64,000 nucleotides of DNA from Raja brachyura. Lineage: Eukaryota. The position numbers and the translations under genes are program-made. Positions within the stretch are counted from its first letter, which is position 1, and every line of letters starts with the position of its first letter. The stretch spans positions 37,014,001-37,078,000 of the forward strand of contig OY740792.1 in NCBI GenBank assembly GCA_963514005.1, given 5' to 3'. Shown piece after piece: positions 37,810 through 50,677 of this stretch. Under the pieces are notes generated by a model, which saw only the letters and a list, made by a program, of their open reading frames with translations, searched no databases and was not told the origin of the DNA.

Positions 37810-38890
37810 TTGTCCACTATAGTCCCACTGACTCTCACGGCTATCTGGACTACTCTTCCTCCCACCCTGCTTCCTGTAAAGACTCCATCCCCTATTCCCA
37901 ATTCCTCCGTCTACGCCGCAACTGCTCCCAGGATGAGGTGTTCCACACCAGGTCATCACAAATGTCCTCATTCTTCAGGGAACGGGGATTCCCCTCCCCC
38001 ACTATAGACGAGGCCTCCACCAGGGTCTCCTCCATACCCCGTAACACTGCCCTCTCTCCCCATCCCCCCCACTCGCAACAAGGGCAGAGTCCCCCTGGTC
38101 TTCACCTTTCACCCCACCAGCCGGCACATTCAACACATAGTCCTCCGCCAGTTTCGCCACCTCCAACGTAACCCTACATCTTTCCATCTCCCCCCCGTCT
38201 GCCTTCCGCAAAGACCGGTCGCTCCACAACTCCCTTGTCAATTCTTCCCATCCCTCCCGCTCCACCCCTTCCCCGGGCACTTTCCCTTGCAACCGCAAGA
38301 GATGCTACATTTGTCGCTTTACCTCCCCCCCTCCACTCCATTCAAGGACCCAAGCAGTCATTCCAGGTCCGACAGAGGTTCACCTGCACCTCCTCCAACC
38401 TCATCTATTACATCCGCTGCTCTAGATGCCAGCTGATCTATATCGGTGAGACCAAGCGGAGGCTTGGCGATCGTTTCGTCAAACACCTCTGCTTGATCTG
38501 TAATAACCAACCCGACCTCCCGGTGGTTCGGCACTTCAACTCCCCCTCCCATTCCTTATCCGACCTCTCTGTCCTGGGCCTCCTCCACGGCCAGAGTGAG
38601 CAACACCGCAAATTGGAGGAACAGCACCTCATATTCCGCTTGGGGAGTCTGTATCCTCTTGGCATGAACATCGAATTCTCTCAATTCTGTTAACCCTTGC
38701 TGTCTCCTCTCCTTGCTACCTCTCCCTCAGCCCTCTGGCTCCTCCTCCTCCTTTTTCCTTTCTTCCCCCTGCCTCCCCCCACTCCCCCCCCTCATCAGTC
38801 TGAAGAAGGGTTTTGGCCCGAAACGTTGCCTATCTCCTTCGCTCTATAGATGCTGCTGCACCTGCTGAGTTTTTCCAGCATTTTGTGTAA
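37810..38890 (+). mobile_element. Penelope-like element (Neptune-type) 3' fragment with terminal repeat
   Basis: IPYSQFLRLRRNCS and CTSSNLIYYIRCSRCQLIYIGETKRRLGDRF GIY-YIG; hammerhead-like motif at 38800. Confidence 0.92.
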
Positions 38891-40132
38891 ACCCATGGTC
38901 TAATAATAGTTTAGAATAACATAAAAACATAGAAAATAGGTGCAGGAGGGGGCCATTCGGCCCTTCGAGCCAGCACCACCATTCATTGTGATCATGGTTC
39001 ATCGTCCCCTATCAATAACCCGTGCCTGCCTTCTCCCCATATCCCTTGACTCCACTAGCCATAGAAACATAGAAACTAGCCATAGAAACATAGAACATGT
39101 TTTTTTCAATTTCATTCTTCAAGAAATAAACTGCAGTATTGGATTTGTCTTTAATCGCATAACACATTTGTGAGCCAGCGACACAGCTGGTATAGATGCT
39201 GTCTCCCAGCACCAGTTTCCATCTCGGGTGCTGTCTGTGTGAAGTTTGCATGTTCTCCCTGTGACCCCATGGTTTTCCACCGGGTGCTCCAGCTACCTCC
39301 CACATCCTAAAGACTTGTGGGTTTGTAGCTTAAATTGCCCTTTGTACATTGTCCCGAGTGTATCAGGGGTGGATGAGAAAGTTGGATAATATAGAATTAG
39401 TGTGAACGGGTGATCGATGATTGGTGTGAACTCGATGGGGCGAAGGGCCTGTTTCCACGTTATATTTCTAAACATTTATTTCAACTCTGAGATCCATTTG
39501 CTCCTCTATCTAAGTTAGTTTTTCATTTCCAAGTAATGTGGCTTGTAAAAACAAGAAACTGCAGATGCTGGTTTACAATAAAACTGAAGAAGGGTCCCGA
39601 ACTGAAACGCACCTATGTTCTGAAGAGATGCTGCCTGACCCACTGAGTTGCACAAACATTTTGTGTGTTTTTTTAAATGTGTGACCTCCTTATTTTTCTC
39701 CCTAATATCCAAGTTTAACTTTAATTTTTCTTTTTTAAGCCTGTTTATCTGCAAGTTTATTCATGTCCATTTGTATTCGCAGAATACTTCAGTGCTTTCT
39801 ATCCTACCCAATTATGTACTGACTACAAAATGCAAAAAAAATAATTATGATTCGTAAGAAAATTGTTAATATAAATTGTGAACAGAGTCACAGCAATTAG
39901 TTTTATGAAGGTGTATTTCCCACCTTCTGGAACCCAGCTCTGCCATTCTGGAAATTATTGTCCTTTAAATGATTGGGAATTATTTACTCGAAGACAAGCA
40001 GATATTTGTTGTGGAGACACAAGGAACAGCAGAAGCTGGAATATTGAGCAAAACACAAACTGCCGGGGGAACTCAGTGGAACAGGCAGCATCTGTGGAGG
40101 GAATAGATAGACAACGTTTTGGGTTAAACAAT

Positions 40133-40870
40133 AGACAATAGGTGCAGGAGTAGGCCATACAACCTTTCAAGCCAGCACCGCCATTTAATGTGATCATGGC
40201 TGATCATCCACAATCAGTACCCTGTTCCCGCCTTCTCCCCATATCCCCTGACTCTGCTATCTTCAAGAGCCCTATCTAGCTCTCTCTTGAAAGTTTCCAG
40301 AGAACCGGCCTCCACCGCCCGCTGGGGCAGAGAATTCCACACTCACAACTCTCTGTGTGAAAAAGTGTTTTTGCATCTCCGTTCTAAATGACCTACCCCT
40401 TATTCTTAAACTGTGGCCCCTGGTTCACTGCCTGCCATTCTGAAAGGGATCCGTTAATCCCTACTCTTTGTTTCCTGTCTACCAACCAATTTTCTATCCA
40501 TGTCAGCACCCTACCCCGAATACCATGTACCCTAATTTTGCCCACTAATCTCCTATGTGGGACCTTATCAAATGCTTTCTGCAAGTCCAGATACACTACA
40601 TCCACTGGCTCTCCCTTGTCCATTTTCCTAGTTACAACCTCAAAAAATTCCAGAAGATTAGCCAAGCATGATTTCCCCTTCTTTATCCATGCTGACTTGG
40701 ACCGATCCTGTTACTGCTATCCAAATGTGCTGCTATGTCATCTATTATGATTGACTCCAGCATCTTCCCCATCGCTGATGTCAGGCTAACTGGTCTATAA
40801 TTCCATTTTCTCTCTCCCGCCTTTCTTAAAAAGTGGGATAACAATAGCTACCCTCCAATTCACAGGAATT
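40133..40870 (-). mobile_element. CR1 LINE fragment with internal deletion
   Basis: NLLEFFE..YLDLQKAFDKVPH joined directly to the 3' end. Confidence 0.88.
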
Positions 40871-41229
40871 GATCCTGTTGGGACTCTTCTTCAGACAGAT
40901 GGAGTAGGGGAGAAATCTGGAAAAGAGAGGAGTGGGACAAAGCCTGGCTCCATTCCTCTCTTCCATATGCCCATCTCCCATCCCCGAGCCCTACATTTCC
41001 CTCACCCTGCTGTCCCGTACCACCCATATCCCTCCTTCCAGCTACATATTACGCTCCTCTTCTTTCCCAACCCAAAACACCAACGGTCCATTCCAACATA
41101 CAAAATGTTCAATATAAATTTACAGATAATGAAAACGTGGTTCAACAAACATCTAACAGTTTCGAAAGTGAGAATTTTCAATGAATAACAACTTCTCAAG
41201 TTGAGCAATTCTCACCAACAATAACCACA

Positions 41230-42035
41230 TAGGGGGCGCCGTCCTGTACGGGTATTGCTGCCCAGCCTGCAGCTGTCCTTTTTTCACATCTTTTTTTAAT
41301 TTTTAATTAGTTGAGTTTTTGTTTTTCGGAGCTCTAATCTTTTTTTATATGGGGGGTGTGAGGGGGGAAAGGGGGAATCTACTTTTCCGGGTCCCTACCT
41401 GGTCGGAGAGGCAGCTTTTCTCCGGGCTGCACCTTCGACCCGTCCTCGCGGCCTACCAGCGGGCCTGGAGCGCCGTTTCCTGAGGGGACCGCCCAGAACC
41501 TCGGCTTCGGCGCAGCGCTATCACGGAGCGGGCGATGCCTTGCCTGGGTCGCCGCGTTGGAGCTCCGGAATGCTGAGACCGCAGGTGAACATCACGGAGC
41601 TGCGGGACGGCCAGCTGCGGGCGGCAGCGCTGAACTTTGGCATTGGGACCTGGGATCTCTCAGCGAGATCGCCAGTGGTGGAGCTCCATCCGGCGCGACC
41701 GGTCGGCTTCGGAAACCACGGTCTCGAGTAAGGAAGCAGCTGCTCCAGGTGTCCCAAGCCGCCGTGAGGATTCTCCCGATGCCGGAGCACCATCATCCGG
41801 CGAGAATGGCCTGGAACATCGGGCCCCTAGTGGTGACTGCGGAAGCCTCAATAGGCCCGACTATGGGGGGGACATGGGGATGGGGACTGGACTTTGTCTT
41901 CCCTCACAGTGGGGGGATGTTTTTATGTTTATTGTTAAATTCTTAGTGTTGTGTCTTATCTTTATCTGTGTGCTACATGGCAAGTCAAATTTCACTACAC
42001 CAATTGGTGTATGTGACAATAAATGTCCTTTGTCC
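41230..42035 (+). mobile_element. Unclassified GC-rich interspersed repeat with a Rex1-like 3' tail
   Basis: CpG-rich body with no coherent ORF, ending aatttcac...atgtgacaataaa. Confidence 0.45.
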
Positions 42036-42942
42036 AAATTTTGGAAGCAGATGGTGCAGTTAGAACTGCAGTATACTCTCATTATAATGGTTAGGTCGGA
42101 AAGAACTGCAGAAGCTGGTTTAAATCGAAGGTAGCCACAAAATGCTAGAGTAACTTAGCGGGACAGGCAGCATCTCTAGAGAGAAGGTCTGAAGAAGGGT
42201 CTCGACCCCAAACGTCACCCATTCCTTCTCTCCAGAGATGCTGCCTGTCCTTCTGAGTTACTCCAGCATTTTGTGCCTAGCTTCTCATTATATATGGACC
42301 ATGTTGTCCAATATTGCTGATAGTCTGCTATAACTGAGTAAGGTAGTAAGATTGTATAGGTAGTGGCAACAAGCAACTGCAGTTGCTGGCTCATACACAA
42401 AAGGACACAAGTGCTCGAGTAACTCAGCAGGTCAGGCTTCACCTGTGCAGAACATGGATAGGCAACGTTTCGGGGTCGACCCTTCTTCAGTCTCTGGGTC
42501 CCAAACTGGGCCTGGAATCCAGGTGAGTTGACAGCCCCGGCTTGTTGGTGACCGGGGGAGAGGCGAGGATCGGCGGAGTTAATAGTCGCGGCTCAATGGT
42601 GGCTAGAGTGCAGGTGAGGGTCGACGGTGACTGTTGCGGCCTCGAGGCAGCCGAGGAAGCTGTGTGGGCTGGCGTTGGCAGCAGGCGGTCCGGCCTGGAA
42701 GCAGCAGGAGCAGGAGGTGGCGTGGGAAGCAGTCAGTAGGTCCGTTCACTATAACTGGAGTCCATTATAAATAGGTCCGTAAAAAGAGGGGTTATTGGAT
42801 AGAGTATTTTCAATGCCACTAATCAGGGATGAATTTCGAGGCATAGAAATAGAAGTTAGACGAGGAATTGGAAAGTGTGCAAGCAAAAGTACATTATCCG
42901 TTTTAGACAATTTTTGAAAAATCAATGCCATAGGTTACAAAC

Positions 42943-43142
42943 CTGCTTGCGAGGAATTTGCTGCGCCACACATCGCATTGTATGGTCATCCTCTCCAGCT
43001 GCTCAGAAAGTTGAGACAGGTTTTGACTCAAAGTCTCATTTTCTAGGATTAGGTGATTCTTTTCTCGAGCCATGCGCTCAAAGTGATACTGAAGATCATC
43101 ACCAACAGACGCCACGAGCAACTTCTTCAATTCGCGATTCAC
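42943..43142 (-). CDS. BLZF1: BLZF1 coding exon 3
   Basis: VNRELKKLLVASVGDDLQYHFERMAREKN...QCDVWRSKFLASR. 200 nt. Confidence 0.96.
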
Positions 43143-44056
43143 CTGGAAGACAAAAACTAAAATCCTTGCAGCTGCCCTATTTTCTTTATGCACCCGATAG
43201 ACCCGTATACTGTTCACCCCGCAATTTCATGGTTTCCAACCAATCTATTTCTTTCTTCTTATTTTCTAACCGAAATTCAGTTTTATAGAATCATAGTCAC
43301 GCAGCATAGAAACAGCCCCTTCGGCCCAACTTGCCCATGCTGGCAGAGATGTCCCCCTACACTAGTCCCGTCTGCCTGCATTTGTCCCATATCCCTCTAA
43401 ACCGTTCTTATCCATGTACCTGTCCAAATATATTTTAAATGATGTTATAGTACTTGCTTCAACTACCACCTCCAACACCTCATTCCATACACCCACCACC
43501 CTCTGTGTGAAAAGGTTGCCCCTCAGGATCCTATGAAAACTTTCCAACTCACCTGTGCCCTCTGGTTCTTGATTCCCCTGCTCTGGGTAAAACACTGTGC
43601 ATCTACCTATCTATTCCCCTCATCATTTTATACACATAGAGATCACCCCTCATCCCCCTGCTCCAAGGAATAAGTCACAGCCTGTCCAATCTCTCCCTGT
43701 AGCTCAGGCCCTCAAGCCCTGGCAACATCCTTGTTTTAGTTTAGTTTAGAGGTAGAGCATGGAAACAGGCCCTATAGCCCACCGAGTCCACGCCAACTGT
43801 TGATCACCCGACCACACTAGTTAAGAACATAGTCCTGTGATTACTTAGTTATGGATAGTTTAGTTTATAGATGCATCATGGGTGGCCCACTAGAACATTG
43901 TCTTTATCCTCCCTCCAAACCCCATTTCCATAATTACGACTGGACCTTCTGTACAGTTCTAGCTATTTTTAATTGGTAGGGGGAGATAAACAGGTTTGAG
44001 CGATAACAGATTTGTGCAAATCTAGGACCAGAACACAAGCTAAAATGTCATCTCAC

Positions 44057-44493
44057 CTCCGTTTGTACCCGGATTTGATTGGCAAGCCCTCCTTTATCCT
44101 GAAGGAGTTTTCTTTCTGAACACTGAGATTTTTCAAAGGCAGCTTTAAGTTCGGTCAACTCTCTCTTGAGTTCAATAGTATTTTCTAACTGATTTGACAA
44201 TTCACCTTTATTGGAATATGCAGGGTCAGTTAGCTTTATACTCTTTGCAGGAAGATCATGAATCACAGCAGCTTTGGGAACCATAATCCTAATGGCTTCT
44301 ACTTCAATTGCTTGGTTTGGCTGCATTTTTCCAAGTTGAAGAATGCCAGGCTTCGTGATAACTTGAGAAGAACTGGATGTTACATTAGTTCGTGCAGCAT
44401 GATGACCTTTTTTATTTTTTCCTGATGTATTTTCCACTGGTTTGGCTGGCACTTCAGTTTCCATTCCATCTCCAGGTCCTCGGATGAATCGTA
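44057..44493 (-). CDS. BLZF1: BLZF1 coding exon 2
   Basis: IRGPGDGMETE (tankyrase-binding motif)...PGILQLGK...VPKAAV..LLQDKGGLANQIRVQTE. 437 nt, phase 1/0. Confidence 0.95.
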
Positions 44494-45987
44494 CTATTGG
44501 AAATAAAATATTAAACAATGAAACTTTATACGTGGATGCAAGGCCCTGCGATCCTTGAATTTTGAGCAAATTTCAAAAGGTCTGAATTCTGAGCAAACTT
44601 CAGCGGGTCAAGCAGCATCTATGGAGGGAATTGGATACATGACATTTCGGATGGGAACTCTTCAGAGGCAAGAACTGAGGAAAGACATTTGGTTGTAGTT
44701 GTGAGTCTGGGTCAGAACATGGTGGAATAGCAGGAGAGCAGCAGGAATTAGAGTGGAAGATGTATGAGAGGGTCTCATAGAACCCATCAGAGAGAGGAAT
44801 AGAAGTTCTTCAGTGCAGTGTAGGGATTGAAGAAGGGTCCCAACCTAAAAAGTCATCTGTCCATTTCCCTCCATAGATACTGTCTGACCTGCTCAACTCC
44901 TCAAGCACTTTGATTTTTTATTCAAAACGTGAATCTGGTTGAATGCAATGCTTGGTAAGTTAAACTGTAATAACAAAATGTCGTCATATACCTTAACCAA
45001 TGTTAATCATCAGTGTACTGTGGTAACATTCAACCCAAGAACTAAATTACATGCATCAGGTTGGAACTTCTGTTTTAAAACTGCTGACTCACTAACATCT
45101 TTGTCTGGTACAAAGTTAAATTTACAAAGCTCATGGTTACATCAATATTTTTGCTCCTTTCCTGTGTTATTATGAACGTCGTTTAAATGAGTCGATTCAT
45201 ACAAATTGTTATCCAGACTGTACATTTTGATAAGTTCAACTACACAATAAACAGATGGCCTCCATCTCACACATCTTCAGGGGAATCAACCAATCCATCC
45301 ACCCACCCACCGAGAAAGAGAGGGAGAGAGAGGCAGGGAGAGAGGAAGGGAGAGAGGCACAGAGAGAAAGGCAGAGAGAGAGAGAGGCAGAGAGAATGTT
45401 AAATAAAACACATTTTATCACCTTTTGCAGTCCTGAAGCAGTAGAAATAAGTTTTTGAGTCATTGTTTTTAATATTAGAATCAAAAGTAAAGTAAAAATA
45501 GTTCTGAGGTATCAGCTCGGGCAACAAATCCTGTAACCACGATGATTTGTTAAGTAACATTGGTTGAACTTTAAACATAGTCTGACATAAATCTTCAGTC
45601 CACAACCTTCTGACTCAAAAGCCAATACTACCAGCAATGAGCCAAAGATGATGGATGCAAAGGATTGTCAGGAAGAGATATATCGGCTTTCTGAATATTC
45701 CTAACTAATTTTGAACAAAATAGTTCTGTCTGAATTTGTGGCTACATTTAAAGAAGCACTGTTCCAGAAGTTTACATGTCATATTACAATGTCAACAAGG
45801 TCAAAATATAAATTGTGTCTCTTATACAAAATGATCAGAAAATGAGTGGCAAATATAGACATCATGGACCAAGGATACACTTATATCGATACACTTATAA
45901 GCCTAATTTTTTGCTACAACCTTTGATACAATTAAATAAACAAAACTGTTTGGAAACAATTACGAAATCTTGCAACTATTAAAATAC

Positions 45988-46018
45988 CTTTAGTCTCCAT
46001 TTTGATGTCTGTTGTCAT
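45988..46018 (-). CDS. BLZF1: BLZF1 first coding exon (whole exon 45988-46065)
   Basis: MTTDIKMETK(V) resembles human MTTKNLETKV. Phase-1 donor fits the next exon. Spliced CDS is 1203 nt (400 aa). Confidence 0.88.
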
Positions 46019-46252
46019 ATTCACAAAATTATGCTGGATTATGGTGTACTGTCATGAATTTTCATCTGGAAAAAAATGAGACTTATTTGTCAGTTACTGA
46101 AAGATCAGTACAAACTAAACCATTGTAAATAATCCAAACCTACTGCAGCTATTTAGCAAATAATAAACAGAAACAAATGCTCAATGGAAAAGACAAAAGA
46201 AAAACAAAATAAATCCCAGTCATCTCCTTAAATGTTCACTTATTTGTGAACA

Positions 46253-47090
46253 GAGTATAGAAGAGAGATCAAGCGACTGTCCATCTGGTGCCAACACAAT
46301 AACCTGGCCCTCAACACTAGCAAAACCAGGGAACTGATTGTGGACTTTGGAAGGAGTAGGATGGGGACCCACAGCCCTGTTTATATCAACGGGTCGATGG
46401 TTGAAAGGGTCAACAGCTTCAAATTCTTGGGCGTGCACATCTCTGAAGTGCACTTTCCTGGTCCGAGAACACAGATGCAATTATTAAAGCTCATCAGCTC
46501 CTCTACTTCCCGAGGAGATTACGGAGAGTCAGTCTGTCAAGGAGGACTCTCTCTAACTTCTACAGGTGCACAGTAGGGAGTATCCTGACTACTTGCATCG
46601 TGGCTTGGTTCGGCAACTTGATCGCCCTGGAGAGGAAAAGACTACAAAAAGTATTAAACACTGCCCAGTCCATCATCGGCTCTGACCTCCCTTCCATCGA
46701 GGGGATCTATCGCAGTCACTGCCTCAAAAAGGCTGGCAGCATCATCAAGGACCCACATCATCCTGGCCATACACTCATCTCCCTGCTACCTTGAGGTAGA
46801 AGGTACAAGAGCCTAAGGACTGCAACGACCAGGTTCAGGAATAGCTACTTCCCCACAGCCATCAGGCTATTAAACTTGGCTCGGTCAAAACTCTGAACAT
46901 AAATACCCCGTTATCTGTTATTTGCACTTTATCAATTTATTTATTCATGTGTGTATTTACATATATAATAGTATATGGACATACTGATCTGTTTTGTAGT
47001 CAATGCCTACTATGTTCTGTTGTGCTATGCAAAGAAAGAATTTCATTGTCCTGTCAGGGACACATGACTATAAACTGTTTTGACTTTAAC
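46253..47090 (+). mobile_element. Rex1/Babar-like LINE 3' fragment
   Basis: KTRELIVDFGR, ERVNSFKFLGVHI and IIKDPHHPGH motifs; cacatgac(a)ataaa-type tail. Confidence 0.8.
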
Positions 47091-49429
47091 TTATTCAAGA
47101 ATCAGGAAGCACCAAACTAGTGTGAAATTAGTGATATTGATAGCAATTCACTGGCTAATCACTGACAGTAGTGCACAACATTCACAATATTCCTAAGCAT
47201 CGGATTTGATAGAAAGCTCAGGCTAAATGTATCAGCGCAACCCTCTATTCCTGTCTTTCTCTAGTATCCTTTTTCTAGTAAATGTGGTAATACTATTTTC
47301 TTCAACACACCCTCTACGTATGGTTTTAGCAAGGCATCTAATCATGGAAGCATAATCCACTAGAGACACAAGAGCAGACGCTGGAATCTTGAGCAAAATA
47401 CAAAGTGCTGGGGGACAGCATCTGCGGGGGGAATGGAATGAAGAGGTGTTCTGATCCAAAAGGTCATCAGTCTATTCCCTGATGCTGCCTGACCCGTTCA
47501 GTTCCTCCAGTCCTTTATATTTAGCATAATGCTCTTCTTTTGTATACATTTCTACAAAATGATAATATTTTTCAGCCAAATCTTGCAAGGCGTCCATAGT
47601 CTTGCAACTCTTCAGGGGAAAAGATTTGTTATGAATTCATTATTTATGACTGTCTTTAAAATGGAGACCACAAATTATGCTCCTCCCCACAAGTGAAAAT
47701 GTTCTCTCTCTACATCCACTTTGTTAACACCCTTCATTATTTTAGACTTCTATTAAATCGTTCCTCAGTCTTCTTTTCTCAGGAGAAAGGAGACCTGGTC
47801 TGCTTGTCCTTTCTTAACTGCATGGCCTGACAATTCTGCACTTTCTTCAGTGCCTTATATCTTCCACATTCTTTGAGAACAGAAGGGTATGCAGTGCTCC
47901 AAGGAAGTTTCTTACGATGGAGGAAAATTTACCTCCAGACGTGTGTGTCAATCCTTTGAATGTACGTTTGTGTTGAATGCAGATAGAAATATTAGAGTCA
48001 AAGGAGATATTAATAGATTAAGTAAAAGGGCAAATGCAAAGCTCAGTGTGGTTATCCTAGGTTTAGGTTTATTATTGCCAGGTGTTGCGAGGTTCAATGA
48101 TACATTTGGCACCTTTTTTTGCATGCTATCCAATCAGATCAGGTAATACTATATATAAATAGAATTATGCCAAACGCAAGTTCAAAAGATAGAACAAAGT
48201 GAAAGATACAGAATGCAGAATATAGTTCTCCGATGCAGAATATAGTTATCCTGCAAAGGATAGTCCTAAATATTGAGAAACTGGAAGTGTAGACCCAAAG
48301 GCACTTGAAGACCCATCAAGATTGATTGATAAATGTCGTAGGCAAATTACAGAAGTGAATCAAGAAAAGCAGTGAACTTCTGGCCTTTCCCAACAGGAAG
48401 GCTGCAATACAAAGAAGGGACAGTGATGCTATGGCTACACAACACATAGGCAGGCTGTAACATAATGCATAGGCTTTATACAACAGAGTAGAAAACGCTC
48501 TGTACATCTAAAGAAATGACTAGCCCGATTCTTACACGTCATTCTTGATGTAGACTGACTTGCATAGGTTTGGGGTTATTTTTCACGATGGACACTTGGA
48601 CTAATGCGTTCACAATATAGGTGGGCTGTCTTTCAATTTTTTACCAAGGGTAGGGGAATCAAGAGGACATTGGTTTAAGGCGAGAGTGGCAAAATTTAAT
48701 AAGATCCTGAAGGGCAAGTTTTTCTCACATAGGATGGTAGGTATATGGAATGAGTTGCCAGAGCAGAGAAAACAAGGATCTGCATATGCTGGTTTAGGAA
48801 GGATACAAAGGCTGGAGTAACTCATTGGGCCAGGCAGTATCTCTGGAGAAACTAGATAGGTGACCTGTCAGGTCATTACCCACTCTGAAGAAGGATCCCA
48901 ATCCTTCACCCGTCCATGTCCTCAAGAGATGCTGCCTGACCCGTTGAGCTACTCCAGCACTTTGTATCTTGCCAAAGGAGGTATTTATCTTGCACTAAAC
49001 GTTATTCCCTTTACCCCGTATCCATACACTTTGCTTGTGCAGCTTGATTGTAATCACTTTTAGTCTTTATACTACATATATATATTATAGTTTTTTTACG
49101 TATAGTTATTTTTTGTCTGACTGGATAGCACGCAACAAAAGCTTTTCACACTACAGTACCTCGGTACACGTGACAATAATAAACTAAAGTAAACCATATG
49201 GACATGTATATGAATGGGAAAGGTTTAGAGGGATATCATTGGGCCAAAGGCAGGCAAATGGCGCTTTTTGCGTGCCTTGAGAAGATGGGCGGAAGGGCCT
49301 GTTATTGAGCTGTGTGACTTTTATAATTCCGGTCGAATTTACAATATTAAAAAGTCGACAGAAACACTTACTTTACATATTATCAGGGGGTCTAATATCT
49401 ATTGTTATATAGAAGATGTCGAGGTTGAT

Positions 49430-49800
49430 CTGGCCGGCCGGCCCGCACTCACCTCAGTGACAGACAGCTCCCTCCCGCCTGCCTGCGTGGACCCGCCGCC
49501 GACGGGGAGCACTTCCGGTGCGGTGCCACCCGCCCGACCTCTGACCTGGCCACCTGGCCACCTCCCCCCTCGCCAAAACACCTCTTTATATTTTTGAAAT
49601 ATCATCACCTTGACAAAATAGCAAAAACCGAGTGAAATTAATGCGTTGTCACCCGTTTGGAGAAAACAGTCTGGGGGGGGGGAAGCGGTCGGTGCGCGCG
49701 TGCGTGCTTTGCGCGCCGTTGCCATGGGAGGAGAGGGGGACGCGCGGGGACGATGGTAAGGATGGAGCGGGAGCGGGAGCGGGCCCGTGTGGGGGGAAAT
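49430..49800. promoter_or_regulatory. Bidirectional CpG-island promoter BLZF1(-)/NME7(+), including BLZF1 non-coding exon 1 (~49453-49520)
   Basis: CpG-rich. Minus-strand GAG|GTGAGT donor at 49452, ETS motif acttccggt (49511), NRF1-like tgcgcgcgtgcg (~49693), X-box half site gttgccatgg (49718). Confidence 0.75.
49753..49755 (+). CDS. NME7: Probable NME7 exon 1 (start codon only, then intron)
   Basis: ATG|GTAAG in the island, head-to-head with BLZF1 as in the human NME7/BLZF1 pair. No NME7 exon 2 was seen in the window, so the identity rests on synteny only. Confidence 0.5.
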
Positions 49801-49984
49801 GGTGCTCAGGGCAGTGCAGGGGACAGCAACAGGCCCTTCGGCCCACACGGTCCGTGCCGACATAGTGGAGATAATCCCCTTCAACCCAGCTCTTGAAGCT
49901 GGGGAGAGTGCAGGATGTTGCCAGGACTCGAGGGCCTCAACTGCAGGGAGAGGTTGGGCAGGCAGGGACCTTCACTACTTGAAG

Positions 49985-50315
49985 CGTAGGAGGAGGAGGA
50001 GGAGGGAGGGGGCAGAGGGGAAAAAGGGGAAAGAGGAGTAGGAGGGGGTAAGAATAGAGAGTGAGGAAGGAAGGGTAGGAGAAGAGGGGGGAAGGGGAGA
50101 GAAGGAAGTGAAGGGGGGAGAGATTAAAGTGTAAGGAGTAAGGGGAGGAAGGAAGGAGATGGCAGAGGAAGGACTGAGTGTGGAGGAAGGAATGAGAGGG
50201 CGGAGGAAGGAAGGAGGGAGCAGGGAGGGGGAGGAGAGAGAGGGAGGGGAGGAAGGAGGTGAGGAAGGAGGTGGGGGGTGTGGTGAAGGGAGGGGGAGGA
50301 AGGTTTGAGGAGGGA
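49985..50315 (+). repeat. Polypurine low-complexity tract
   Basis: About 330 nt of almost pure G/A. Confidence 0.9.
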
Positions 50316-50399
50316 ATCATAAGATCATGAGGAGAATAGATAGGGTGAATGCACAGAGTCTTTTACCCAGGGTAGGTGAATCAAGAACCAAAAATGGAG

Positions 50400-50677
50400 G
50401 GCGGCACGGTGGCGCAATGGTAGAGCTGCTGCCTTACAGTCCAGGTTCGATCCTGACTACGGATGCTGTCTGTACGGAGTTTGTACGTTCTCCCTGTGAC
50501 CACGTGGGTTTTCTCCTCGATCTTCGGTTTCCTCCCACACTGCAAAGACGTACAGGCTTGGTACAAGTGTAAATTGTCCCTAGAGTGTGTAGGATAGTGT
50601 TAATGTGTGATGGGTCGACGCAGAACACGGTGGGCCGAAGGGCAAGCTTCCGTGCTGTATCTCTAAACTAAACTAAA
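50400..50677 (+). repeat. V-SINE (HE1-like)
   Basis: Same family. Further copies near 1715, 5030, 29215, 30560, 39220 and 62280. Confidence 0.85.

Noticed and set aside
44494-44569. N-terminal extension MLKIQG... of the BLZF1 ORF
   Set aside because: Intronic read-through upstream of the acceptor at 44494; the true start is at 46018.
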